From contig BDGG01000012.1 of assembly GCA_001949185.1 (NCBI GenBank), forward strand, positions 1,666,973-1,730,972: a stretch of DNA of 64,000 bases, written 5' to 3'. How positions within the stretch are numbered: the stretch's first letter is position 1; the number at the start of each line of letters is the position of its first letter. This document shows positions 49,186 to 61,463 of the stretch, piece after piece. Made by a program: the position numbers and the translations under genes. A model generated the notes under the pieces. It had not been told where the DNA came from. It saw only the letters and a list, made by a program, of their open reading frames with translations, and did not search any database. This DNA is from Ramazzottius varieornatus (taxonomy: Eukaryota; Animalia; Tardigrada).

Positions 49186-50532
49186 AATGGAATAATGTAC
49201 TTATCGAAGTATTCTTTTACTCCTACTTCCGTCAAGGTTTCCACGACTTCCTGGTTACACATGAAACAAATACTGCAGTAGCAAATTGCAAGTCGATGTT
49301 CATCAGAGTAAGTTCCTTCTGCAGTTGCAACCAAAGTTACTTGGAGACTGTGAATTGTGAGAGCGAAACACAAGGCAGGTGTATCTGCGAATCAGGTGTT
49401 CAAAGTGCTCCATACAGTGCAATATGTGAAAGCTGAGCAGAACCAGAGATGTCAGAACTAACGTAAGAAGAGGAAAGTGTGAGGTACCAATTACACAAAT
49501 ACTGCAACTGAAATCGTATCTTTTGTTGCAGCCGATACAGTGTGAGGCTATTACGTAATGCTCGCAGAGCTTACTGATAAACCTTGCATGGGACTTGATA
49601 CCCCATGTTATCCCATGTCAAACCACTTCAGGTGGTCTAACATGGGATTTTTGGGTACGAGCTGTCGTGGCGGAGCTGGTTTTGTTCGTAAGTTTGTGTT
49701 TGAACCCCTCTGCTGGACTTTGCCCAGTAAAGGGCGAAGTACAAGTACAACATTAGTGGAGATAAGCTTGTGAATGGAATGTGACTGAAGAGAAGCGAAA
49801 GTAGGTCACAAAAGAAGGAGATAAGGCTGTAGCATTGCATGCTGAGTGATAGGGAGTAATTCAATGGGTGGGAACTTGGGATACGCACTGCCATGATTCC
49901 AGTTACCGTTTTCTTCCCTCTTAGCCACCTTCGGCGGCAACAGTACCCGTTAGGGTGCCGCCCCGCGAATATACTTCCGTCTCCACACATGTCGCCGAAG
50001 CCTTTCGGATACCCATACGAAGGTTAGTGCATTATCGCGCTGCAAAGTAGAAGTCATACTCTGCCTGGACTATGATTTTTCGAAACTTAGGCCGGGTACA
50101 TTTAGTCGACAGGGTCGTTATGAGTGACGACGTAAACACGGTACGCCACAATATTTTGACGAATCAGCGTTCACAAAGTACGGTGGCAGATGCGATCAAC
50201 CCAGCAATCGCAACCCCGCTAGTTTATTTCCGGCTTTGCTTTGCATCATTTTATTCTCTCATCTGTCCTCAGAAACGTAAACGTCTCTTTCGCTTTTAGC
50301 CTCAGTATTTTTCTTATCTTGTCTGGAAAACGTGGACGCGCTGCGACAGATCAAGAAGATGTGGAATCCGCTGAGAGAAATCCTTTCACTCCTGCCACAG
50401 CGTATTTCTTGAGGATCATAAAGGCTAGTTCTGCTGCGGCGGAAGTTCGGCTATTGGACAGCTCACTGAGAGTATCGGGCTCTTGCGGACGAAGAGATGA
50501 TATCAGAGCCAACAACTCTCACTGGATCAAAA

Positions 50533-51060
50533 ATACGATAAAATTCGATACGATATTTTTCGATGAAATATCCGCAGGTATTTTATCGCGGTCTTTGATA
50601 TTCGTTCGGTATCGATATTTCGATATGATCTTTTTCCCATACCGTATTTTCGATATATCGTATCATATCGCAGCGATATATCGATATTTTTGCAATTAGA
50701 GTTTTTTCAGAATTCTACTGGGTTCAAGGCCAAGAACCCAAGAAGCCGATTTCCACATAACGTATCAGTAAGATCGAAAGCGTTGGATACAGCAAGAAAC
50801 GTGGCAGTACCAAGAGTCCAAGACTTCAAATACATGGAAACCTGGATATTATTAGTACCAAAACCGAATGGGCGAAGCTTGCTCGCCTGCTCGGCGTACC
50901 GTAGCCGGAATCAATGCTTTGAAATCAACTGTAGTCTTTAGTAAATGTGATATAATTGCCGAGTTTGCCATTCAGCAGAATACCGATATATCGAAAATAT
51001 ATCGATATTCCGCGATACGATATCGCCGAATATTTTACTGTGTTATTCTATATGAGTCTC
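50533..51060. mobile_element. Non-autonomous DNA transposon relic, copy A (CGATA/ATCGAT subterminal arrays)
   Basis: Dense cgata/tatcg motifs. Segment 50821-51057 aligns by eye with 51772-51991. Confidence 0.65.
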
Positions 51061-51609
51061 ATACTGCATTCTCTCCGGAAATGGATGTACGACACTCAAT
51101 TCAAAATGTGAAACTGCAGATATGGTCGGTAGGCGGTAGCTCATACGATTGAAACAGCTGTGATGCCACAGGATCCAATCAATCCGGAGAGTTGCTTGGT
51201 TCAGTTATGAAATCAGCTGTTCAGTGAATGACTCGCACAGACTAATAGTATTTTGTCCGAATGCGGTGATTGCTTCGTGTTTTCTGTCACTTCTCGTCGA
51301 ACGTTCTTTTCCTACTGAACCTCATTTGCTGTACTCCGAAACTGTACTATGGGCAAAGTGAAGAATCGGCCACCTAACCAGGGTTTGTCAGCCGATAGCA
51401 CCTGTTCCCCAGACTATTCTTCAGCGTCGTGCAGAGATAATTCACAAGATGGATCATGGGGTCTTCCACCATTGTTAACTGCTTCCAAAAATGTAAAATG
51501 GTCGACCAGAAATTCCGAGATTCGGTCGAACCTGAAACGGTGAATGTTGCTTCAGATCTCAGCTGTCGTGTGATGCCAGTTTTCTCTGTGAGCTGTCTCT
51601 TACTGTAGT

Positions 51610-52093
51610 TTGATATTTTCGATGTCGTATCGATATTTTCGATACGACATCTGCCGCATATCTTATCGCAAAGATTCGATATTTTTCGATACAATATCGG
51701 CGGCTATTTCATTGCGGTCTTCGATATTCATTCGATATCGATATTCCGATACGATAGACGTAACTACACCAAGACTTCAAACACCTGGACAGAATTAGCA
51801 CCAGAACCGAATGGGCGGAGTGTGCTCGGTACACCATGGCCAAAATCAAGTCTTTGAAATCAACCATGGTCTTCCGTAAACAAGATATCACTGGCAAGTT
51901 TGCCATTCAGCAAAATACCGATGTATCGAAAATATATCGATATGGCGTGATACGATATCGCCGAATATTTTATTGCGTTGTTCGATATGAGCTTCATATC
52001 GATATTTTCGATACGATATCTGCCGCATATTTTATCGCAAAGATTCGATGTATTTCGATACGATATCAGTATACCGTGTCGTTGCCAGCACTA
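51610..52093. mobile_element. Non-autonomous hAT-like element, copy B
   Basis: Same internal sequence as copy A and the same CGATA arrays. It ends in ...gccagcacta (reverse complement TAGTGCTG), a hAT-like terminus. Confidence 0.65.
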
Positions 52094-52879
52094 CCAAAAA
52101 GCGTTCACAAAAACGAGAAGTTATGAATGAATTTGATTTGATTTCGATCAGTCTAGTCACCAACTACGTTGACTTTGTGAACGCAACAAGTAAATAACTA
52201 GCGTAGTATGCAATCCCCATTATAAGTTGCCTACCAGACCTACTAACCAAAATGGGCTAATAAGTTCTCCTACCCGACTTTCGATCTCTCTTCCAGTTCT
52301 CAGCTGCGACATCGGAAATGTTCCAACAAACAACGGAGACTTAATGAACGCTGGTTTTCCGGAATCAAGTGGGCTACTTGCAGTTGTTCGTAATCCCGTC
52401 TACCACACCAACTTGCTTTTTCGAGCGTTCGCAAAGTTCACGTAGTTATTCACAATGATCTAGTCGTTCATAACAACCTAGTGGACTAAATGTAAGGTGT
52501 GTCTTAATCATAGTAGATGGGGCCACTTCTTCAGGCAGCATGCGAAGTCTGCTGCCACGTTCAGCACCTATCGATTTCCGAAATGAAATCTGTAGTTGCG
52601 GAGTTTTTGCGAGAGCTTCGCCCAAAAGGCTGGCCTTCCAGCGGAGCTTTAGAACTAATCATAGACCGCTTGAGTCATCGTGGAAAGCTGTTCGGGCATC
52701 TAAAGCCTTAAATTGGGGCAAACTATGGCAAGCCTGAGCTTATGGCGGAAGATCAAAGAGAAATTTCTTGGCACCGAAAGTAGGCTCTACCCATTAATCG
52801 TCTGTTGTACGAACGCGTGCGCGATTGGACCACATATAAGCTATGGTACATACGCCACGTGAGCATCGCCAGCGACTGC

Positions 52880-53170
52880 TAGAACCTGGTACTGCAGCCA
52901 ACCTGGTACACTAGCGGCCTGCTAACACTAGTTTTTTCCCAGCGGCCGACCCACTAAAACCAATGGTAAATTGAGCAACACCAATGGTTACCCGCCAGTG
53001 GTCAGTCTAGCAAGACCAATGGTCAACTTTTGGTAGTCAATCTAGTGACAGTAGCAAGACCCACGGTAATACCCTGTTGATCGTGCAGTGCCGTCAAGTA
53101 GTACTATCAACAGGGTTATCAATTCCGTATTAATCAATACTCCCTATCAATACTTCCGTATTAATAATGA
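52880..53170. repeat. Cluster of short degenerate direct repeats
   Basis: aacctggtac x2, accaatggt x3, tagcaagacc x2 and ttccgtattaat x2. Confidence 0.5.
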
Positions 53171-53819
53171 CTAGTACAGAATTGATTGATCACATCCAAA
53201 ATCACGACTTGGTAAAATTCCTAAAAAAATCGGGGAATCATCCTGAGTAAAGGATCGTGCTGTCTGGAGCTCGAGCTTCGTCTGTTGAGTTTGCGATTCA
53301 GAGTATCTTGAATAATTCTGATACTTGGTAGTAGTGTTATTTTTAGTCATTATAATAGGAAATCGATTTTCTAATATTGCGGTTCGCTTGATTGATTGAT
53401 CCATAACAGGAAATCGAATTTCAATTTTAATAATTGAAATTCGTCAGTGATAATTGATTTTACTTGCACTGAGCTGATCACGTACACTTAACATTAGCAC
53501 GTGACTTTTAATAATTTTAATTGCATAGTAAAATAACACTGCATGGGTGAAGACCTCTACCAAGTTGGTAGCGGTCTTCACCCATGGGAAGAACTTATCG
53601 GGCATCGAGGAGACTCTCCTTATTTCTTCATTCAGTGTGTGGTCGTGGTTCTCAAAGAGAGAAAGTGATGCGTCGAACAGGTCTTCGCTACAATCGTGAT
53701 CCCGAAGCTTCCGCTTGGTTCCTGTGAATGCAGTAATAATCATTATAAGAAATCGTCAGAGTCATATGAAGGTCGTACCAGGAAGGCTTTCGGAAATGCT
53801 ATCGGATCGCTGAGAATCA

Positions 53820-53892
53820 CATTCATATCCCCTTCTTCCAGTCATATCATATTTATATCATATTCATACCATATTCATACCATATTCATATC
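53820..53892. repeat. Tandem catattcatac-type minisatellite
   Basis: catattcatac is repeated about 3 times. Confidence 0.7.
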
Positions 53893-54203
53893 GTTCCCCG
53901 GAATCAGCGTCCCGGGTGAACTGTAGATTAGTCAAAATTGGCGCCCATGGGTCAAAATCTCGCTGAGTGCTTCAACACGAGTAATCAAAGGCTGCGTGCC
54001 AATCAATTCAATGCTCAAGAAGCCCCTGAGACAGGGGCATTCCCCCGTAACAGGTCACGGTGTTTGTTGTGGTTCCTTTTACTTCAAAGTATTTCTAATT
54101 TTCTTATTCGGGCCAATTAGGACTGTGTGGTCACTCACTGCGGAGCGATCTTCTTTGACTTTTTTCGTTTCAGCCATCTACTGCTCTTGTACTACGGTTC
54201 AAG

Positions 54204-57200
54204 ATGTCGACGTCATTCAAGAAGCCCTCAAAGAAGACTTTCAGGAGGAAACAGAACTCTGGCTCTGGGGACGAAGAGGAAAAGGCCAAATCGACGACGG
54301 AAGATCGTGGTGAAGCACCGCCGGAAGTTACATCGGCTTCAAACGCTGCTCCCGCCTCAAAGTATGTTGAGATCACTCTGGATGAAGAGATCGAGAAACA
54401 TGAAGTAGTACAGCCATTGAAATCCGCTTCTTCGAAACTCAGCTTTGAGGATGAAGAAGGTATGCCGGAAGTTGACGTAGTAAAACCTAACCACTGTCAC
54501 GCTAGTCTTTGTCAGAATGAGGATGTTGTTGTTTTCTTACAGACGAAAGCGAGGAATTTCAGGTCAAGAAATCCAACAGAAGCCGTAAGATAGCCCAGAA
54601 GCTCAAGGAGGAGTGGAAGGGCAGTCAGCAAAAAGAAACAACGGAAAATTTCCAGAATATGAAAATCAGTGGCTTTCAACAGGTATCTCTGGTCCCAGGG
54701 CCCATGTCCAGTCGGTGACTTTACTGTTGGCATGCCGGTGGTAGACTGCCTCTTATACATACTTTTCATTTAGGTGACAGCTCCAAAGGATGAAACTCCG
54801 GAAATCTTGCTCGGAGACGACGTGGACGATGCTGGATTGCACGACTATCGTCCTCCCGGAGCGGTGCATTCTCGTAAGTGGAACGGCGCAATAGTATAAG
54901 AGCAAAAGCAACAGCGCGTGTGATTTATGTTTATACGAACTTCTTACGAAGGAGGTGGGATTCCCGATAGCAAACAGATCGCTTTAGCCAAGAAGAAGAG
55001 AGAAGAAGCTCGAAAAGGCGAAGAGTACGTTCCGCTGGACGTTACAGAACGCGTCAGCGACAACAAATCACGACTCGTTCGGTATGCAAACACTTACACG
55101 CCTTTCTTACCGTGTTCGAACCTCGTCGAGATACCCGAAGTCGCTGGTTGCAGGGAAGACGATAACGACCTTAGCGATGAGGATGCAGAAATCATCATGC
55201 CGAGCACGTCCGGAAACTACCTTGGCTCCCGACGCAAGGAAGAGGAACTCCGGCAACGGAACCGAGACTTTTACGAACTCGATGAAAGGATGGGTGCGAG
55301 TACCTATCTTCATTTCCGTTCGAAGTGGTTATTACCGTCATAACTTTGGTGTTTTTTTTCCACAGCACAAACTCTCGAGGAAAGTGACGACGAGATCCAA
55401 CGGTGGGAGGAAGCTCAGTTACGGAAAGGTGTCACTCTTCCCCAGGTAAGTGTATTTGTTCTTTTCGTGAAGTGAAAAGTATGTAGCAGTTATCTTTTTT
55501 CTTAGATCCAAGCGCTGTCAGAAGAAATGAACAAGCCTGTCGATCTAAACTCGTATCAACAGTATATGTATACGCCTCAGTACGATGAGACTACCTATCA
55601 ACCGGAAGGATACAGCATGAACCCGTCGGGACACTATACAAGCGTATCGTCGACGGTGGAGGAGGTTAGACGCAAGATCAAGAATCGGTAAGTAGGTTAG
55701 TATAATAAACTAGCGAATCTTGAAGGACCGCATACAATGTAAGCATAATGCTGAACCTTCGTTGCAGGATGGAGCTGGCAAAAGAACAACAACGGCGGCA
55801 CACTCTAGATCTGGAGAAAGTGAACAGCGACTTAGAGCACTGCAACAAATCAGTAGGGAGCCTAACACTGGAGCTAGAAAGCGCGTCCTTCGAGTACAAA
55901 TTCTACCAGGAAGTACGTGGTTTTGTCTGGGACGTTGTTGATTGCTACAACAGCAAGGTAAGCTGCTTTCTTGCTGCGTTGCAGTAGTGTTTCCGATTTC
56001 CCTTTCGGTATTTTGGCATGCTTATCATTGCTCACAGTAGTTCATGTATATGTTCTGCTTTTCCAGCTTCCACAAATCGCAAACGCCGAGAACGAACTTC
56101 TTGCTTCATGGAAGAAGACGCACCAGGCCAGAGTGGATTCACGCCAACAGTACATCAAAGACAAATCCGACGATATCAGCGGGAAAACTTGTGGGTAATT
56201 TGCATGACTTTCAGACGGTCCTTCTCCTTCTGAATCGTTACAGTTGCGCCCTTTGCCTCGAAGTCCCGATGGGTTTGATTGCAACGGGACTAAACTGTTT
56301 CTGTTTCGACAGCTCTGGATTCGTTGGTCAACGTCAAGCTTATCAACGAACGGAAGTCTCGTCTGATGGACTATTACGAACGAAGGTACGTCTTGAACCG
56401 TACCAGCTAACCATCTTACCACGTTATCTGAGTTCTGGTATCCATCAGGAAGTCGTTTGCCGTTGCTCATGGGATGGCAGAGTCGGAAGTCAGCCTGGAT
56501 GAAGCTGAAACTTTCGGTGATAAACATACAGGTTTGCCGACGCCGAATATAGTTTATACTTTATATTCTCGTTTATGAGATAGGTGTTCCTCTTTGTGTA
56601 AGTGGTAATTTTTTACTGTAGTAGATGCCATTCTTGCCACGGTGTCCGACCTGTTCCAAGACACTGTTGAAGATTTCAAAAGCATCCCAGACGTGGTCAA
56701 ACGCTTCGCGCAATGGCGTTGCGAATGTTTCCAGTCATACAGCGATGCCTGGATAGCGCATTGCTTCCCCAAACTGGTTGCTCCACTTGTTCGCTATCAG
56801 CTTCTCAGCTGGAATCCGTTAGAGCTGAACTCCACGAAGGATGTAACAGAGATGTCTTGGTTCAAGTGCATGATGCCGCTGCTTTTCGGAGGGAAGATGA
56901 ACCCGGAAGTGAAGTCTTCGGATCCAGACGTTAGAGTAATACCGATCATTGTTGAAGATGTCGTCTTCTCCAAACTTACAGGTAATGTTTTACCCACGAT
57001 AGACCAAACTTGTTTTTCTCTGCAGGGATATTTCTTTTTCATTACAGCCCTTCTTGACGTTTGGGACCCGTTGTCTTCATTCCAGACACGGCAGCTTGTC
57101 GGTTTCCTCCAGCAGACTTTCAAGACTTTTCCTGTGATCGACAAGAAACGGAAACCCGTTGAGGTAAGTGGTGTACGCACGATGCTTTACCATCATGCTT

Positions 57201-58051
57201 ACGCCAGCACGATTACGGTGACATTACAAGTTCAAGGCTTACACACTTTACCATTTCAGGAGCTGTTTCGAGCAATTGTTCAGCGACTAAGACTGGCTAT
57301 TGAAGATGATGTTTACCTGCCGCTGTATTCCCAGAGGTACTGTTGCACAAGGGTATTGCCTTTGTTCCGATGTCTGCAGTTGATACTAGGTTCGATACCG
57401 AGTTCTTTTAGGCTGTTGGAATCGGACGCGGAAGCAGCGAGGTTTGCAGCTGAGCAGTACCGATCGGCTTTCAAGGTACGTCGTTGGTTTTCTTGAGAGT
57501 TCCTTGTTTCTTGTAAAAGCTAAGAGATATATATTTCCGGATTATTCCAGCTCTTTTGCAATGCGATGTTGTTTCACGGCATCTTGTCGAACTCGATCTT
57601 GGTGGAGTTAGCCATCGAGCGGCTTCTGAACCGCTACCTGCTAACACCCATCAGGAACTCTCACAACACATCGGAAAGTGTCCAGCGGTGCCTCGCGGTA
57701 AGAGCTTGCGCACATACTCCGTGCCATCACGGCGATCAATGTAATGTTGGATTCCCCGTAGATCGCCCAGAAGATACCAGAGGATCGGCTGCAAGCTGAA
57801 TTTGCGGATTCGCTGGCTGTGCCGAAGTACCTCCAGCAGTTCTGCCATGCTGCTGCCAACTTGGGCAAGAAGAACCCGAACAGGTCCGTGATCAGCGATA
57901 AGTAATGCCAGATTTCTCATTAGCTGCAGCTGACGTGCTGATTGTTTCATGTAGGGAGGAAGTCAGTAGCCTGGCGCGAGCGCTTATGCAACTGAGAGAC
58001 TTTGACAGAGCGGAAGAAATGGAAAAGCAGCTACCGAGATTTAAGTCATGA
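54204..58051 (+). CDS. PAXBP1: PAX3/PAX7-binding protein 1 (GCFC family, Ntr2-like spliceosome disassembly factor)
   Basis: FKKPSKKTFRRK, LSFEDEE, GIPDSKQIALAKKKREEAR, SRLVREDDND, RWEEAQLRKG, YKFYQEVRGFV-x-D, FQDTVEDF, SYSDAWIAHCFPKL, LLSWNPL and VWDPLS. Many exons. Confidence 0.92.
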
Positions 58052-58364
58052 AGACAGATCCAGCGAGTTTGGCTTTTTCTTTTTGTATCACGAGTTCGTT
58101 GTTAAGTTGAATTTGGTTTTTTATTTGGAAACAAATGTGACTATCGCGTCGAGAACGTCTCTGAAACAGCCATACAAGGTAACAGGTGCTTTTCCGAAGT
58201 CCATTCCCGATTCCGGCAAAGCATCACAACCAAACAGAAATGAATTTGACTGACTTATCGTCAGTTCCACGTACAGTGCAATTGCCAACTACATGGCCCA
58301 AGTTTTGAATACTGCACAGATAACCATTTCGTAAGTCTTGAAACAAATTTACAGTCTTCCCGAG

Positions 58365-59310
<946 letters not shown>

Positions 59311-60224
59311 GACGGCAAAGAGGAAATGCGCAGCAGAAGTGTCGACGGCGATAGCTTAATAAGCACTCAGCGCATCAAATGAACGAAATTAGTCCGACGA
59401 TAAGTGGAAACGTGCGATCGACAGATGGGCAGAGAATCTCGAACGGGATCGATTTTTCTGCTCTTCTGTCCTGCGGGTTATTCCTGCATCTGCATTCATC
59501 ACTGTCAAGAGAAATGATTCCAGAACATTATGTTTGTCATTCATGAGCTGATGGATGAAAGAAGACTCACGTGTAAACGGACTGTAATCGAGATTAACAA
59601 ACCAGACAAATTCCGCAGATTGAAACACGGTGGGAACACATAGTCGACCTCTAGCATCCTAGCTCTAAGACTTGAAGGATCCGATCGGACAAGGCTAAGT
59701 TAGTTGACAAAGGGGATGCTTCGGATCCAGACTTCCGAGAGCATCAAAGTCCAGGTCGAAGGACACCTTGATGGTTGGCCCCACGACAGCTTACTTGCAA
59801 GCTTCAGTCGTCTGCAATAGGTTCCGATGGACCTGATCAAGATCCAACAGATTGAAGAACGATCAGAGAGAATGGATAGAAAGAAGATCCTCCAATGCGA
59901 CGAATAGAGAATTGGAGGTCATCAGTCTCTCTAAAAACCCCGTGCGCACGCCCAGGGCGGTAGTGCGACCTTCAAGTCCTGATTGAGTGATTCAACTGAT
60001 TCAGTGATTCCTGAAGGGAGCCCAAGAGTTTTCGGAACTTGGGAGGCGTCGAGCCTGAAGGGGTGAAGGCTGAACGGAACTTACACAACAGTGTACAGAT
60101 TGCGAGCCAAAGCGCACTAGCACAATTCGATACGTACAGGAACACCGTGACATCATATGTAAACATTGTGCGCCTCTTTCAACACAGAGCCTACGAGATA
60201 ACTTGTTCCTATGATGTCACGATG

Positions 60225-60274
60225 NNNNNNNNNNNNNNNNNNNNNNNNNNNNNNNNNNNNNNNNNNNNNNNNNN
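60225..60274. other. Assembly gap (N run)
   Basis: Run of n. Confidence 1.
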
Positions 60275-61463
60275 GCTTTCGCTCGCAATCTGTATAGGCT
60301 CAACTTAGAGAAGCGAGCGGCGAGCCAGGGGCAAGTCCCTCTGAACTAGGGGTGATTTTCGAATTAGAATGATTTTCACCGAAAAAAATCATTCCGAGAA
60401 GTTGTTCCGACGCGATGTGGTAGTTAAAACGTCAACATCCCTAATCCTGTTTCCGATTCCGGAACCGCGATGATCTGAGAAAGAGCTTGTCACCAGGAAT
60501 CTGTTTGCCTCTAAGTGGCAGATACTGCGGACGGGCGAGTTTTGAACCGTCTTGATTGCAACAAGGAACATTGTACCTGTCCAGTTCGTTGAACTTGGAC
60601 TACTTCAACGCCACATACTTCCAAGTTCGAATCTTTGGTCACCTTCCACTCCTGAATCATCTCGTCTTGTTAACCTGTCGTAAGTACTAATACCTCCACG
60701 GTCGCTCAGAAGGGTCACGGTCGGAAAAGCTAACAAGCTTTCGCTCCCGCACAATGTTAATTGGGACAGTGAAGATATCATTAATTGCTCTTTATATGTT
60801 CGCAGGGAGTTGAACTGTCGGAAGAGTATACTCCGTAAACCCACTTTCACATGATTCATACCTCGACTGTGCTTCGAACCATCTAGATCCACGTAAGTTT
60901 ACCTTTACCGTCGTAGGTCTGATTCTGTGGGAAGTGAGAAAGCTGCGGTGGTGGTTGTCCCAGTCTGGCAGTCTCGATTATAAGGCTGCTAAATCATGTT
61001 GCGCATGTATAGCCGAACGCACAGCAGTTCGCATCCCAAAACACCAACGTGATGTTCGTCTGCTCGTATCCATCACAGTGCTCAGTGCCTGGTACAGTTT
61101 TTGGTTATGTCGGAATGCAGTCTCTGTTTCCACATTTCGATGGCGAGGGTATTGTGATGTTGGCGTGCTGTCTGATGGGCGTCAGAGCGACTATTTATGG
61201 TCAATATGGAAGATTCCCTACCCCTCTTGAGTATCGTCATCAAGATATCGAAGTGATTAAGGGATATAGATAAACACTTCCCGGTGCCATGCTAGCCCAC
61301 TTCCGCGACTTAACGACGGGAAGCGTAGAGGGAAGAATTAACCGCTAAGCGGCTTGTTTTCGCGTGACATCCCTCCCTTTTTCGTCATAATATTTATGTA
61401 TACTCACACTACAATCTTTTCTTGTGCAGCATCGAGAGTACGAGACTGGAGGTTGACTAAGTG

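Noticed and set aside
50241-52126. Similar-looking ORFs (KIYRY..IRYRRIFYCV) and regularly recurring motifs suggestive of a gene family or CRISPR array
   Set aside because: They are translations of the CGATA-rich transposon copies. There is no constant repeat-spacer period and no cas genes, and the context is eukaryotic.
53444-53743. 99-aa minus-strand ORF
   Set aside because: No recognisable homology or splice context. It sits within a repeat-rich island.
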